64,000 bases of DNA from Prolixibacteraceae bacterium. GTDB taxonomy: Bacteria; Bacteroidota; Bacteroidia; Bacteroidales; Prolixibacteraceae. Location of the stretch: contig DMSQ01000014.1 of assembly GCA_003457135.1 (NCBI GenBank), positions 10,759 to 74,758 on the forward strand. The letters are read 5' to 3'. Of the stretch, positions 9,375 through 20,400 are shown one piece after another (position 1 is the stretch's first letter; every line of letters begins with the position of its first letter). The notes below the pieces were generated by a model. The model was given only the letters and a program-made list of their open reading frames with translations, was not told the DNA's origin and did no database searches. Position numbers and translations under genes: made by a program.

Positions 9375-9848
9375 TCAAAAATCATCAAACGGAATATCAT
9401 CGTCAGGATCGTGATCGAACGGGCCAACACCGGGAGGATTGAAAAGCCCCCAACGATCAATGAAATAATCCATCTGGTCGAATTTCGAAACCCAATCAAT
9501 GAACAGTAAGCGATATTCCTCAATCAAATCGCGCACGATCTGAAAATATTCCACATGCTCAAAACCAAACATTTCGAGGGAGTGGTTTTGAATCATCAGT
9601 TCACGGGCTGCTTTTCGGATGATGGCGGCACACTCCATTTTGATATCGTAAAGTCCTCCACCTTCGGCTCCTGCCACTTTCACAGTTAGGAGCATGGCAT
9701 CTTCAAGCATAATACCCTTCACATGGCTCAAATATTCATCATTGTCATCAATTAGCTGACAAATGTGATCAACCACTTCGAAGATTTCTTTTCCCTTTTT
9801 ATAAATCGGAAGATCTTCAGCTTTTATATCATCTTCGTGTTCAAACAT
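9375..9848 (-). CDS. Acidic hypothetical protein, originally coupled to mnmE
   Basis: ATG at 9848 overlaps the TAA of the duplicated mnmE end (TAATG). Confidence 0.8.
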   Translation of the reverse strand: MFEHEDDIKAEDLPIYKKGKEIFEVVDHICQLIDDNDEYLSHVKGIMLEDAMLLTVKVAGAEGGGLYDIKMECAAIIRKAARELMIQNHSLEMFGFEHVEYFQIVRDLIEEYRLLFIDWVSKFDQMDYFIDRWGLFNPPGVGPFDHDPDDDIPFDDF

Positions 9849-9868
9849 TATTTGCCGATGCAGAAAGT
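9848..9868 (-). repeat. att site: displaced 3' end of mnmE (FCIGK*)
   Basis: TTATTTGCCGATGCAGAAAGT vs TTACTTTCCGATGCAAAAATT at 30060-30080, 17/21 identical, core CCGATGCA. Confidence 0.92.
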
Positions 9869-9903
9869 AATATGTATTGATAATCTGATATTTACAATTT
9901 AAT

Positions 9904-9921
9904 GGTACAAATAAGGTACAA
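9904..9921 (+). repeat. Putative integrase arm-type sites, left end
   Basis: GGTACAA-ATAA-GGTACAA; same motif at 29918-29935. Confidence 0.65.
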
Positions 9922-10493
9922 TGGCCCAATAAATTACATGAATTTCAATTTACTTTCTGTATATTTTCCAAACCGAATTTGTCTCGTAAAAGAACCAAAA
10001 TTACAAATGAGGTTTAAAGGTGTAAAATTCTCAAGGTGTCAAAATTTAGCTTCAAAAGTATTACATACGTTAAACTATTCTTATATTACGTTTGTATTGT
10101 ATTGATAATTAGAATGATACTAACACAATAACATTAAAAACCTGTTGAAATTAACATTAGTAACAATGTGTTACAATGTTATAAAAATAGATGATTGTTT
10201 TTGTAAATAACTATCTGAATATCAGTGTATTATTTCGTGATAAAAATGTTATTTGCGAGTTTTTAAAGTGAGAAATTTAGATAAAAAATTGAGTGAAAAT
10301 GGGTCATATTTAGTGAAAATTGACAACTGAAAAATATTGAATCACAAATTCGCACATGCTTAAAACTGCCTTTTTCCCAAGACTGTCAATGACAAATTAT
10401 TCATCATTGTCATTGAATGCTTCAGATTATTATATCATCTTCTATGAATAAATATTCATTATATTTGCATAAATATTCATTAATTATAATGTC

Positions 10494-10690
10494 ATGGACG
10501 AACACCTATCATTTGAAATTTTAAAAATTGGCGTGGGTATTTACAACAACGCTGTTTCTGGCTGCATTATCAAACACGATCTTCTCACATTAGAAGAAAC
10601 CGTAAAATGTCCTCAGAGGAAATGGACAGGGTGATTCAGGAGCATTACGAGGTTCACGGACAAGTAAATCCGAACAAGAAAATTCTGTAA
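10494..10690 (+). pseudogene. Possible frameshifted small gene
   Basis: 46-aa ORF would extend to about 65 aa with one extra A in an A-run; TATATTTG motif upstream. Confidence 0.3.
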
Positions 10691-10760
10691 TTAAAACACC
10701 CGTAATTCCGTGTATTTGCACGCTCAACAATTTTGGTGAACGTCACAAAATCCATTGCTT

Positions 10761-11035
10761 TCAGTATTTCGTTCGCCAAGACTTTTTAATGTATTTCGGG
10801 TATTTCAATAGAATGCGGTCAATGTCGGATGGGTAGATATCTGTCAGGTTCATTTCGGACATTACCTTCTGAAGCGTGGAAACGATATTCCAAGCTGCTG
10901 GCAAGCTTCGACCTTTGAAAGTGGTGAAATTTTTCTACCTTCATTCTCTGCGATCTCTGCACGAACAATAGCCTTTAGTTCTTCCCTGAACTGTTCGAGT
11001 GTTATTCCCTGTAAAATGATTATTGGTTCATCCAT
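10761..11035 (-). pseudogene. Frameshifted excisionase-like HTH gene
   Basis: MDEPIIILQGITLEQFREELKAIVRAEI...SKVEACQQLGISFPRFRR* (stop 10862-10864) continues in another frame as VMSEMNLTDIYPSDIDRILLKYPK...*. Confidence 0.55.
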
Positions 11036-11150
11036 GATTATTGAATTTGAATTTCAAGTAAACACGAATTTTAGGAAACAAGGTTACAATGGGGTTAGTA
11101 CTACTGAGATCATAGATTCAATGGGTAGAACACAGAAATTTTGCAATCTT

Positions 11151-11516
11151 TTAGTATTGTGACCTCCATAGTTTTTTAATATCGGCCCCAGTATAGAATT
11201 TGCGACCATTAGCCTTTCGAATGCTGCACCTGATTAATCCTTCATTGGAGTATCTATTAAGAGTATTTCTACTAATATTCAGAATTTTACTTGCTTCCCT
11301 AGTTGTAAATCGGCCAGTATCAGAAATTTGTGGTTCATCTGAAATAAATCCAGTAACTTTTTTACTTGATTTTTCAGGTTGAATACTTCCTTGCATTTTT
11401 GCCAACTCCTCTCTGATTGATTCCTTAATGAAAGGCTTTAGCTTAACCAGTAAGGCTTCTGCAAGTTCTTCACAACTGAAACCTTCGGCAATTATATTGG
11501 GATTGTCCATGTACAT
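11151..11516 (-). CDS. Excisionase/MerR-like HTH protein
   Basis: FTTREASKILNISRNTLNRYSNEGLI...RKFYTGADI. Confidence 0.8.
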   Translation of the reverse strand: MYMDNPNIIAEGFSCEELAEALLVKLKPFIKESIREELAKMQGSIQPEKSSKKVTGFISDEPQISDTGRFTTREASKILNISRNTLNRYSNEGLIRCSIRKANGRKFYTGADIKKLWRSQY

Positions 11517-12098
11517 TCATTCTTTAGGTTTTACAAAGCCTATCGGATTCCGGGACTGGATGGGTGATTGATCAATGCTCTTTTGTTTACTGGCAAGTTC
11601 TGAGAGTGCCATGTAAATATCATCGAAAACAACCTGATTATCTTCGCTCAAATCGTTCATGGCTTTAAGATTTTCTTCGCTCTGTTCCTCCAATGCTTTG
11701 ACGTGCAGCCAGAGTTCCTTTATTTCAGCAGAAACAGCCGATTGAGTAAGCAGATAATTTCTGACCGCGACAAAAGCCCTCATAATGTTGATATTTATCT
11801 CAATGGCTTTTTCGCTTCGTAATACACTCGATAGCATGGCAACACCTTGTTCAGTAAATGCAAACGGCGCATAACCTGTTGATAGTGATGTGGAGATCAC
11901 AGATTGTGATCTTAAAAAGGTAACTTCATTTTTGGTTAGTTCAAACATGAAATCTTCGGGAAACCGGTTCATATTACGTCTTACTGCCTGTTTTACTGCC
12001 CGTGTTTCTACCTGATACATTTCTGCAAGGTCGAAGTCCAACATTACACGCTGTCCCCGAATCTCGTATATCTTCTTTTGGATGACTGATAGTTCCAT
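11517..12098 (-). CDS. ORF6N-domain protein (phage antirepressor-like)
   Basis: IYEIRGQRVMLDFDLAEMYQVET, RFPEDFMFELT, PFAFTEQGVAMLSSVL. Confidence 0.9.
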   Translation of the reverse strand: MELSVIQKKIYEIRGQRVMLDFDLAEMYQVETRAVKQAVRRNMNRFPEDFMFELTKNEVTFLRSQSVISTSLSTGYAPFAFTEQGVAMLSSVLRSEKAIEININIMRAFVAVRNYLLTQSAVSAEIKELWLHVKALEEQSEENLKAMNDLSEDNQVVFDDIYMALSELASKQKSIDQSPIQSRNPIGFVKPKE

Positions 12099-12102
12099 AA
12101 AA

Positions 12103-12345
12103 CTATTCTTTTGATACTTTCAATTTTGTACCACAATTCGGGCAAGTAAATTCATTAGTCTTGGCCGGTTCGAATAACTCGGCAATAGGAACGTCCAAAG
12201 CATTGGCAATTTTCTGAAGCGTATCAGTGGTTGTATTACTTCCATTAATGATTCTGCTCAATGCCGGTGCCTGAACATCCATTCTTTTTGCAACATCGGC
12301 AATTGTTAACCTTTTTTCTTTTGCAATTTCTTTTACTCTTAACAC
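12103..12345 (-). CDS. XRE-family HTH regulator with C-terminal CxxC ribbon
   Basis: LTIADVAKRMDVQAPALSRIING, TLQKIANALDV, CPNCG. Confidence 0.85.
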   Translation of the reverse strand: MLRVKEIAKEKRLTIADVAKRMDVQAPALSRIINGSNTTTDTLQKIANALDVPIAELFEPAKTNEFTCPNCGTKLKVSKE

Positions 12346-12463
12346 TTGTGTTATTTTTTTAGTTTTATCAAAAGTACAAAATATTTGTATGTAGGTGCAA
12401 GTATTTCATGTAAAATAACTCATTGGGTTATTTTTTAATGAAATAAATTTGGATTGTATTAAA

Positions 12464-12796
12464 TTATGACTTTGATACTTTGCCTTTGACCTCTTCCAGA
12501 AGCTTTTCAAGATCCTGCACGGACTGGATACGGTAAATTGTACCGTTAAAATCTATGAACCCGGATAGTTCTGATTGGCCCGGGTGTGAATAGTTGAACA
12601 ATTCACCTATCTCAACTTTAAGAGCTTCAGCAATTATCTGCAAAGTTTCAACTTTAGGATTATTGTTTTCGTTCAGGATATTGCTGATTGAATTTCTGGA
12701 TAAACTATGTCCGTTCGCCTCTATCCGGTCTTTCAATATTTCAATGTTGACCTTTCGGTCTGCCATTAACTGTTTCAAATTATCAATCCAATTCAT
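12464..12796 (-). CDS. XRE-family HTH repressor (cI-like position)
   Basis: SRNSISNILN, NPKVETLQIIAEALKV; ATG at 12796, divergent from the small-gene operon. Confidence 0.8.
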   Translation of the reverse strand: MNWIDNLKQLMADRKVNIEILKDRIEANGHSLSRNSISNILNENNNPKVETLQIIAEALKVEIGELFNYSHPGQSELSGFIDFNGTIYRIQSVQDLEKLLEEVKGKVSKS

Positions 12797-12917
12797 AACA
12801 AGTATATTTTTCATCAAATGTAAGAAACTTGAATGTAATAACAAGTATATTTTTCAAATAAATCATTTTATAACAAATATATTTTCTGTTTCATTTGTTT
12901 ATAACAAATATACTTTG
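12795..12917 (+). promoter_or_regulatory. Four operator-like repeats ATAACAARTATAYTTT
   Basis: Copies at 12795, 12838, 12870 and 12901 between divergent genes. Confidence 0.75.
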
Positions 12918-12950
12918 TATCATTACGGAATATTACAAAACAAAGTTGTT

Positions 12951-13271
12951 ATGAAAGCAAAATTAAATTTCAGGTCTGTGGTTTTCAAAAGGGCTTACAT
13001 TTTAGTAAAGCAAACCGGATGCAACTTCTCGTCAGCATTAACTCAGGCATGGAAACGCTACCGGGATTTCAAGGCCAGAACTATTGAGCAACTAACCAAA
13101 CAGATTAACGGTTTTGACTACTATTACCAAATGTGTGACGATGGCAGGGTTTATCGTTACTGGTCGGCAATTCAGAAAGAAATCAGGGAACAAATTCAAA
13201 CTCTTCCGGGCAGCTTCATTTCTGCCATTGCACAGCATTTTAATTCAAATCAAATAAAGTCATTCATTTAA
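12951..13271 (+). CDS. Hypothetical protein (phage/MGE-type)
   Basis: ATG at 12951 (MKAKLNFRSVVFKRAY...ALTQAWKRY); the longer track start overlaps the repressor gene. Confidence 0.7.
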   Translation: MKAKLNFRSVVFKRAYILVKQTGCNFSSALTQAWKRYRDFKARTIEQLTKQINGFDYYYQMCDDGRVYRYWSAIQKEIREQIQTLPGSFISAIAQHFNSNQIKSFI

Positions 13272-13290
13272 TCACTTAAAAATCACAGTT

Positions 13291-13563
13291 ATGGAAAGTA
13301 AAAAATCAACCCCTAAGAAAAACACGGTAACCGTTACAATTCCGTGTTCAAATTCTCATTCAATCCCGGTCTTTGAAGATTTCATGGCTGAAGCTCAAAG
13401 ACGCTTTCAGGTCGAATGTGATGCAAAAAACAAGGCTTATAGCTTTATCCTATCAACTGGACGGCTTCGGGAATTCGAAGAGTTTTGCAAATTAACTCAA
13501 GGACTGAATCATCATGGCAATTGCATTGATCATTTGGCTCTAATTATCCCTAATCAGCAATAG
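13291..13563 (+). CDS. Hypothetical protein
   Basis: 90 aa, AKNKAYSFILS motif, TTAAAA-N9-ATG leader. Confidence 0.7.
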   Translation: MESKKSTPKKNTVTVTIPCSNSHSIPVFEDFMAEAQRRFQVECDAKNKAYSFILSTGRLREFEEFCKLTQGLNHHGNCIDHLALIIPNQQ

Positions 13564-13579
13564 TTTAAAACCCATCATC

Positions 13580-13741
13580 ATGGAAAAGTACAAACAATTA
13601 CTTGCTGGTCAAATTGAATCAATCCTATCGGCTTACAATCCCTACCTTGACAAATTAAATGAAGGTGAAAAAAAGGATTTGGAGGACATAACCAAGTGTC
13701 TTCAAATACTTAAGTCAGACAGTGATTATACAGCTTCTTGA
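13580..13741 (+). CDS. Small hypothetical protein (53 aa), not in the ORF track
   Basis: MEKYKQLLAGQIESILSAYNPYLDKLNEGEKKDLEDITKCLQILKSDSDYTAS; same TTAAAA-N9-ATG leader as neighbours. Confidence 0.6.
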   Translation: MEKYKQLLAGQIESILSAYNPYLDKLNEGEKKDLEDITKCLQILKSDSDYTAS

Positions 13742-13840
13742 TATTCTTTACGAATACTTTCATTACTGACCTTTGGGATAATCTCACAGGTCTGATTATA
13801 TCAAACTCAAATAATATTTATTCATTTAAAACCAATCAAA

Positions 13841-14161
13841 ATGGAAAACACAACTTTTTTAAACCCAAGAATTGAAGGCAACAAACTTATCGTTGACGTT
13901 AAAACTGAATTTTCAGACGGACCTTTAATCAAACACATGACCCTACAACTTTCTCCTTTGTATGAAATGATAGTTGAAGCAGAAACAAGCAGGTTCGCCA
14001 ACGCGGCTAGCGGACTAATTTTTGCTTATACCAGACTTGCCTCTTTCGCCCTTAACAGTGATAGTGAATTTATAAAGAAAGAATTACTTGGAGCCGACGA
14101 TGGCGATCTTTACTATTTGAATATGTTATCTCAATTGCTTAGGCGCATGGATGTACTGTAA
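13841..14161 (+). CDS. Hypothetical protein
   Basis: 106 aa, TTAAAA-N9-ATG leader, followed by a terminator-like hairpin. Confidence 0.7.
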   Translation: MENTTFLNPRIEGNKLIVDVKTEFSDGPLIKHMTLQLSPLYEMIVEAETSRFANAASGLIFAYTRLASFALNSDSEFIKKELLGADDGDLYYLNMLSQLLRRMDVL

Positions 14162-14182
14162 TCTATTCGAACTATTCTGCTG

Positions 14183-14218
14183 AAAAGGCCTGTTGGGTAA
14201 TTCCGGCAGACTTTTTTT
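14183..14218 (+). terminator. Intrinsic terminator candidate
   Basis: GC/GU stem followed by T7 just after the 13841-14161 gene. Confidence 0.5.
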
Positions 14219-14407
14219 ATTTTCATTGACAAGGTGAGCTCAAAATTGAGCTCACCGTTTTCTCGCTCCACAATTTTATCGAACGAAACTGCTCGATGTG
14301 TGTTTCCCTCACTTCTTGGATTTAAAATGAAAATCGGGTCCGATGCTTCACAGTGTTACAAATAATGAGCACCGGCACCAGGTCTTATCTAATGAATGCA
14401 ATATTTA

Positions 14408-17400
14408 CTACTTCCCAAAATATTTGTACTTGCTTACAAACCCTCTGCGTAATCCTAAGATTTGAAGATCGATTACTTTATTTTCATCTTCGTCCGTTGT
14501 CGTCTTTTTCAAGTCCAAAAGCGATTTTATTTCATCATTTGTCATCTCGAAATCAATCAAAAAATCCCTTTGATTTTCTGATATTTCAGGGATTCTATTT
14601 GGATCATTGGCTTGATTTCGTCTATCATCTTCAAACTTCAATTCCTCTGCCTTGTTTGCAACCTCCCTGTATTCGTCATACATGAACCCGGTGTACTTCT
14701 TGTGGTAATATGTTTGAAGGATCGGAATACTTGTTGGGTCAAATCCTTCAATTTTATGTTCCCTGTCCTTTATCTGTTTGTCGAGATCATCAACGGTTTT
14801 CAGAATCATGTAATTGGCAGCATCTAAAACGGTCTGGCCTGGGCCACCGGTGTATGACTTCAGAATATATTCTATTTTAGCAGGATTCCAGTCGTATTTT
14901 TCAAGGATACGTTTGCCTATTATCGTTTTTGTCCCAAGTTCCGGATCACCACCGCCCTGTTTGTACAACCAATTAGTGAATGAAACGATCATCGCATTGG
15001 TATTATTGAAGTGCATCTGGCTGTCAGCAAATTTCCCCTGTTGACTTTTAAGAAATGGTTCCCGGAATATTGGTCTCTTTCTGTAGTCCTCGTTAGTCGA
15101 AATATCCATCAATGGCTTAATTGCGCTGAATAAAGAACCTGCAACCTTTGGGGCAGATAGTTTACCTTGCTTATTGAATATTCCACTAATTTCAACAGGA
15201 GATAATGCCTGAGTGAAAACTTCTGCCATATCGAAAGACATTTGTTCCGTGGATATCCTGCCGGTGTGATGTTCATACATTGCAACACCAAGCGCATTCC
15301 AAACTCGGTATCCCTGAGCTAATGGGATACTCACATAGTTATCCTTCCATCCAATGACAGTATTGTTGTACATGGTGTACTTGTTGATTTCGGCATAATC
15401 CTTATCATCATCGTCACCATTTAATAAATCCCATAGATACCTAGATAATAAGCCCTGGATTACAAGAGAAACAGCATTTATAGCAAAGTACCGGAAAGTA
15501 TGGTTCTTTGCTAAATCGTATTGTTTTGCGGCTCCTTGAATGGAAGCATTGAAGAACATGATGAACGATCCGATTGTGGCAGAATATTCACCCCTTGTAT
15601 CGAAGTTTGTAGTTATTTCCTTTGCTTCGTTGATTGACATGATAATAGATTCACCTCTTTCTCTTGCCATGGCATAAGCTGTAAACCTGGCAATACTTTC
15701 ACCGTATCCGGCCAATCCTTCCATTAACCTTAAAGCATTTAAAGGATTTGCAAGTCTGGCAAGACTGCTTGATCCACTTCTTTTGATGTGTCTAATATAT
15801 CTTTCAACCTTTGATTTTACTTCATCAAGTGGCATCAAATAAGCTTGTCCGGTTGGTCCACCATTCAGGTTATACTCATCGTATAATTTTTTCCACTTCT
15901 TTTCTTTCTCTGTCTTTGGCTCAACACCCATAAAATCAAGTAATTTATCACCTGTTTTGCTTGAATTGCGCCAAGCATCATTCAGCATGTTTGAAGCGAG
16001 AAAACGGGCTGCAACCGTGTATTTAGCCTGAAATTTCAGACTGTCTTTGAATCCCCTTTGAATAAACATTGTTTTTGCGCCAGTCTTGAAGTCACGATAT
16101 GTATTTGAGGTTATAAATGATGGCCTCCATGATGTGACACTCCTTGACATGAAGCGCGTAATGCTTGCAATCGGAAGGTACTTAAAGTTGATTGACTGAG
16201 AATAATTGTCACCGTTTATTGCGTTTGAAATAGCAGGGTCTTTAAAAATCATCTTAAATCGATTTCCATCCACATAAACATCAACCTCATGTTGTTTTCG
16301 CAAGTATGTTGGTTTTTCGCTCATTGGGTTCGATATTCTTGACGAAGAAAATGTATATCCGCTTCCTTCCAAAACACTCTTAAAACCAAGCTCGGTTTTC
16401 TTCGTATTACCTTCCTCGTCGGTGTTCATCAGGAATACTTTATGGTCAGGCTTATCGTTACCCTTTTGATCCTTAAAAGTGCCTGAAGTTTCATAAACCA
16501 CTTCCGTTACCATGCCCAACTTATCGGTCATGTAATTCATCTGGGACATCTCGAACAAGTCTTTCCTGTTACTGTTCAGCTTGATCAAATTGTAAGCTGA
16601 CCTCTTGGCCCTATTCTTTTCTCCCCACATTATCGCGGATGTTGCCATTTGATAAATGTATGCAATAGGATCATCTGCCATACTTTCACGGCCTTCTGTT
16701 TTTTCATCCCCGGAAAACTCGCTTCGTTTTTCTGATTTTTCGTAGTCAAGCTGTATTTCTTCAGCTATTGGCTCAAATCCTCTCAATGGAACGTAGTATT
16801 TCCAATTTCTTGCTACTACTGCATTAAGAGAATCCTGAGTGTACTTGCCGTATTCCACCCAATAACGGGCAATTTTTCCGGTGCATTCGCGTGTATTTGT
16901 CCAAAGTTCATCAATCAACTCCCGTGGAATTTCGCTTTCGAATTTTTCATAGATTGCTATTGCCTGGTCGTCAGTCATTCCGGAGAAGTTATTTCCCTTT
17001 TTACCCAGAGAACGGAACCACCTATTACGTTCTGGGGCATGTCTGGCGATCATGTATTCTTGGACTTTTTTATAGGCTTCTTCGTTTTTTAAATCTTTCT
17101 TTTCCAGTATGGCCATGACATTCTCTACCGATCTAAGCATTGGATTGAATAGCTTCTTTTCAAAATGAGTTTTCTGTCCCATCTGTCTGGAACTTTTCTG
17201 ATTCACAGCAAGGAAGACGTTCGCGTAATCCGGAACTTTTAAATCAAATTTTTCAAGTAGTATTTTGATGGCAGTATTGCCATTAATGAAGCGAGAAACA
17301 AAGCGGTCTGTTTTAGTTCTTACTTTCTGGGGCATTCTTTTTTGTTTGACACGGACAGATGCTGCTTTAAGAAGAGAAGATAACGGCTCTTGACCTTTCT

Positions 17401-20400
17401 TGAAGTTAACACGAGAATCCGTGCTATCTAATTCTTGATTCGATTCAGGAGTGTTTATTCTTGAATCTTCTTCGTTGGCTGAATTGGTTCCGTTCCTATC
17501 CAAAACCCGTCCTGATCTGTCTTTAGCCTGTATCCGTCCATCGGTCTGATCCTGATATTCTCTTCCATCATTAGGATTTCCTTCGCTTCCATCAATGTTA
17601 CGTTGTTCTCCTTTGCGTAGGCTTCCGATTCCTCTCTGACTACTACTGGAATGCTCATTTTTTTGAAAATTAGATTGAACAGAAACACGAATAATTTCAA
17701 TAAGTTGCCCTTCAGTTAAAAGACTCCCGTTAAAGTTATACAATTTTGAAAGTAGAGCTCGAAGATATTTAATCGTTTCATTCCAAATAGATTTTACTTC
17801 TGGGTTTAAATCTTCTCTGGAAACGATCTTCTCAGACAAATTCGCCAGCAATTCTTCGCCTCTTACCTGCTTTGTACTTCCGGCATACTCTCTGTTAACC
17901 CAATCGAATAGTTCCTTAATTTCCGGCTTAATTTCGGCAATTTTTCTGAAGCTGTCATAAACCTGAACCATAAGTAAATTTCGCTCATTTGTCGGCAAAA
18001 TGTTTCTCAATCCGTTATGAACCCCATTTTCATGTATCCATATTGCAATAAGGTGGTCAATTGATTTTATCTTATCGGCCATGACGTAAACTTTGTCATT
18101 ATACCAAACGCCATAAATACCAAGTGAAAATAAACTGTGATTTCTTATACCTGCCGGGAGTTCATCCACTGATTGAACAAGAATAACTGGTGCCGCACTT
18201 GGCGCAATAGATTGAAGTTCATCAATCTTGGATTGCATTTCTTCAACCGTAGGAGTTATCCTAAATCTGTTGAACGAAAATTCATTGCTTGTTTGATCAT
18301 TTTGTAAACTATTTGTATTTTCAAAAAGCGCATCGAATGGATTATCAGTATAAAGAATTTTTTGATACGCTTCAACCTCTCCAATACCCATCTGTCCGTT
18401 CAGTGCTTTTGATACAATTTCACCGGGTATTAGTTCAGATAACTGTAGATCGGATTGGTCAAGTTCTGTCTTTCCTGTGATTAGCTGATAGGCTTTCTGT
18501 TTATCGGTTAATTGAGGAATTGAGGTGTCCACATTCTCGACCGGACTGTCCATGGTCTTTTGTACAGGTTGTTGTTTAGGAACAATCTTGATGCTCCTTA
18601 CTTCAGTCTTAAAGGTAGGTTTCTTGTATTTGTTTTCAGCCGGTATTTCAACCTGAACACGTTCGGCCACAACTTCAAAGTCCGAGTTGTCCTTAAATTC
18701 TTTTTCAAGTGCTGGTAATGCTTTTTCAAGTGATACACGTTCGTTCGGGACCACTTCGTCAAACCCTTCATTTTCGATAATGTCAATAACAGTACTGCCA
18801 AATTTCTGAGGGGTGATTTGGCGCTCAACCGGCCCAGTCGAATTCTGGTCATTTTGTGTCAATCCATTATCCCCGCTCGGTGTCGTTGTAACAGATTCGT
18901 TATTTTGTGGCTGATTTTGTATTGAATTTATAATTTTTTCTTTTTCCCATCTTTGAACTTCTTCAATAGGAACCCATACAGCATTCTCGTTTTCATCAAG
19001 CCATGCCTCCTGTTTTCCATCATCTGATAATCCTTCACCGTTTGGTATCCTGATAAGTGTCTTACCATTAAACACCATTTTGTTTTCGTTTGATTGCTCC
19101 TGGTTAACGGCTTCGGTCTGGTCAAATGAAGCAAGCCCGGCCTGAACATATTCGTCTTTGGTCGTTTCCTGTTTCTCAACAACCATTTCAGGGCTGACCA
19201 TCTTGGTTAGTTTACCATCTTCAAAAGGCTGTTTATCCAATCTTCTGACCATTACAGCCCCGGAAATATCCCCTTGTTCGCCTGAAACAATATAAACAGG
19301 CGTATTTTCTTCAGTTCCTAAAGTAGTTAGTTTGCCTACTACAATGGTTCCGGTTGTTTGGTGTGCCAGTTCGTTGGCTTCAGTAGTTATTTCGGATTCT
19401 TTAGATTGTCGCGGATTGAGTTTATTTACACCCATAACCGCTAATGCTCCACCTGAGCCAAACGCCCCACCGCCCATTCCGTAAACAAATGATTTTGCAG
19501 CGTCTTTTGTTGGTTCAAAAACAGTATTTGCGCCAGTAAAATAGTCAATTGTATTTGTGGCTAGGCTATTGGCATATTCTTCAATTCCTTCGGCTACCGG
19601 GCCAATAATAAGGCCGAAACGATCAAACATTTTAGTAGTCCATGCAGAAATTCCTTTTTGAAGAACTTCTTTTGCTACCTTTTCGCCAGATTTAGCCACC
19701 AATCGTCCAATATATTTTCCCATCGGAACAGAACCAAGTAATTCTGTGGCCGCTTCAGATGTTCCAGAAAGTGCCGAATTGGTAAGTTTCTGAAATTCGC
19801 CCATGTTTTTCTGAGCAATAAAATCAGCCTTTTGTTTTTCTGTAAATATTTGAGGTAATTCTGGATTGTCAAGCTGTTCGTATTTTCCGGCTGCTGAAGT
19901 TGCCCCAATTGCACCAAGCCCGGCTGCTCCTCCGCCCATTGCCATTATCATGTATGGTAAACTCTTTGCGCCCTGAAGGAATATGTCACCCGCAACGGCT
20001 CCATACTCACCTTTCTTCCATAGGTCCGTAAAATCTTCGCCATTATATCGGTCTGACTTCGCTTCAAGCTTCTTTGCTTCTTCTTTGGCTGATACTTTTA
20101 GTTCTTCAGCTGCGCTTGTGGCTGGATTAGTTTGAAGGAATGAATCAACAAATACTTTTCTTTCTTCATCACCAATTCCTAATTCCTTTGTTTTATAATT
20201 CAGGTATGAACGCATTGGAAGATTTTGTAACGCCCCAACGTTTCCGGCTATGTCAACTGAAGTTCCGGCAAATCCCTGCATTGCATCACCAAGCCAAGTA
20301 CTCCAAAATCCTGAATCTTCTTTTGTTTTTGGTTGCTCGGTAGTTGTATTTTGTGCAACAACCTGATTTTTTTCTTCCGTATAATTTTCAGGGAATTTCT

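Noticed and set aside
12795-12917. Repeats as a mini-CRISPR array
   Set aside because: Units are only 17 bp with 14-26 bp gaps, AT-rich, with no cas genes; an operator array fits better
12594-12950. N-terminal extension of the 225-aa track ORF
   Set aside because: Antisense to the XRE repressor and crossing the operator array; the true start is most likely 12951
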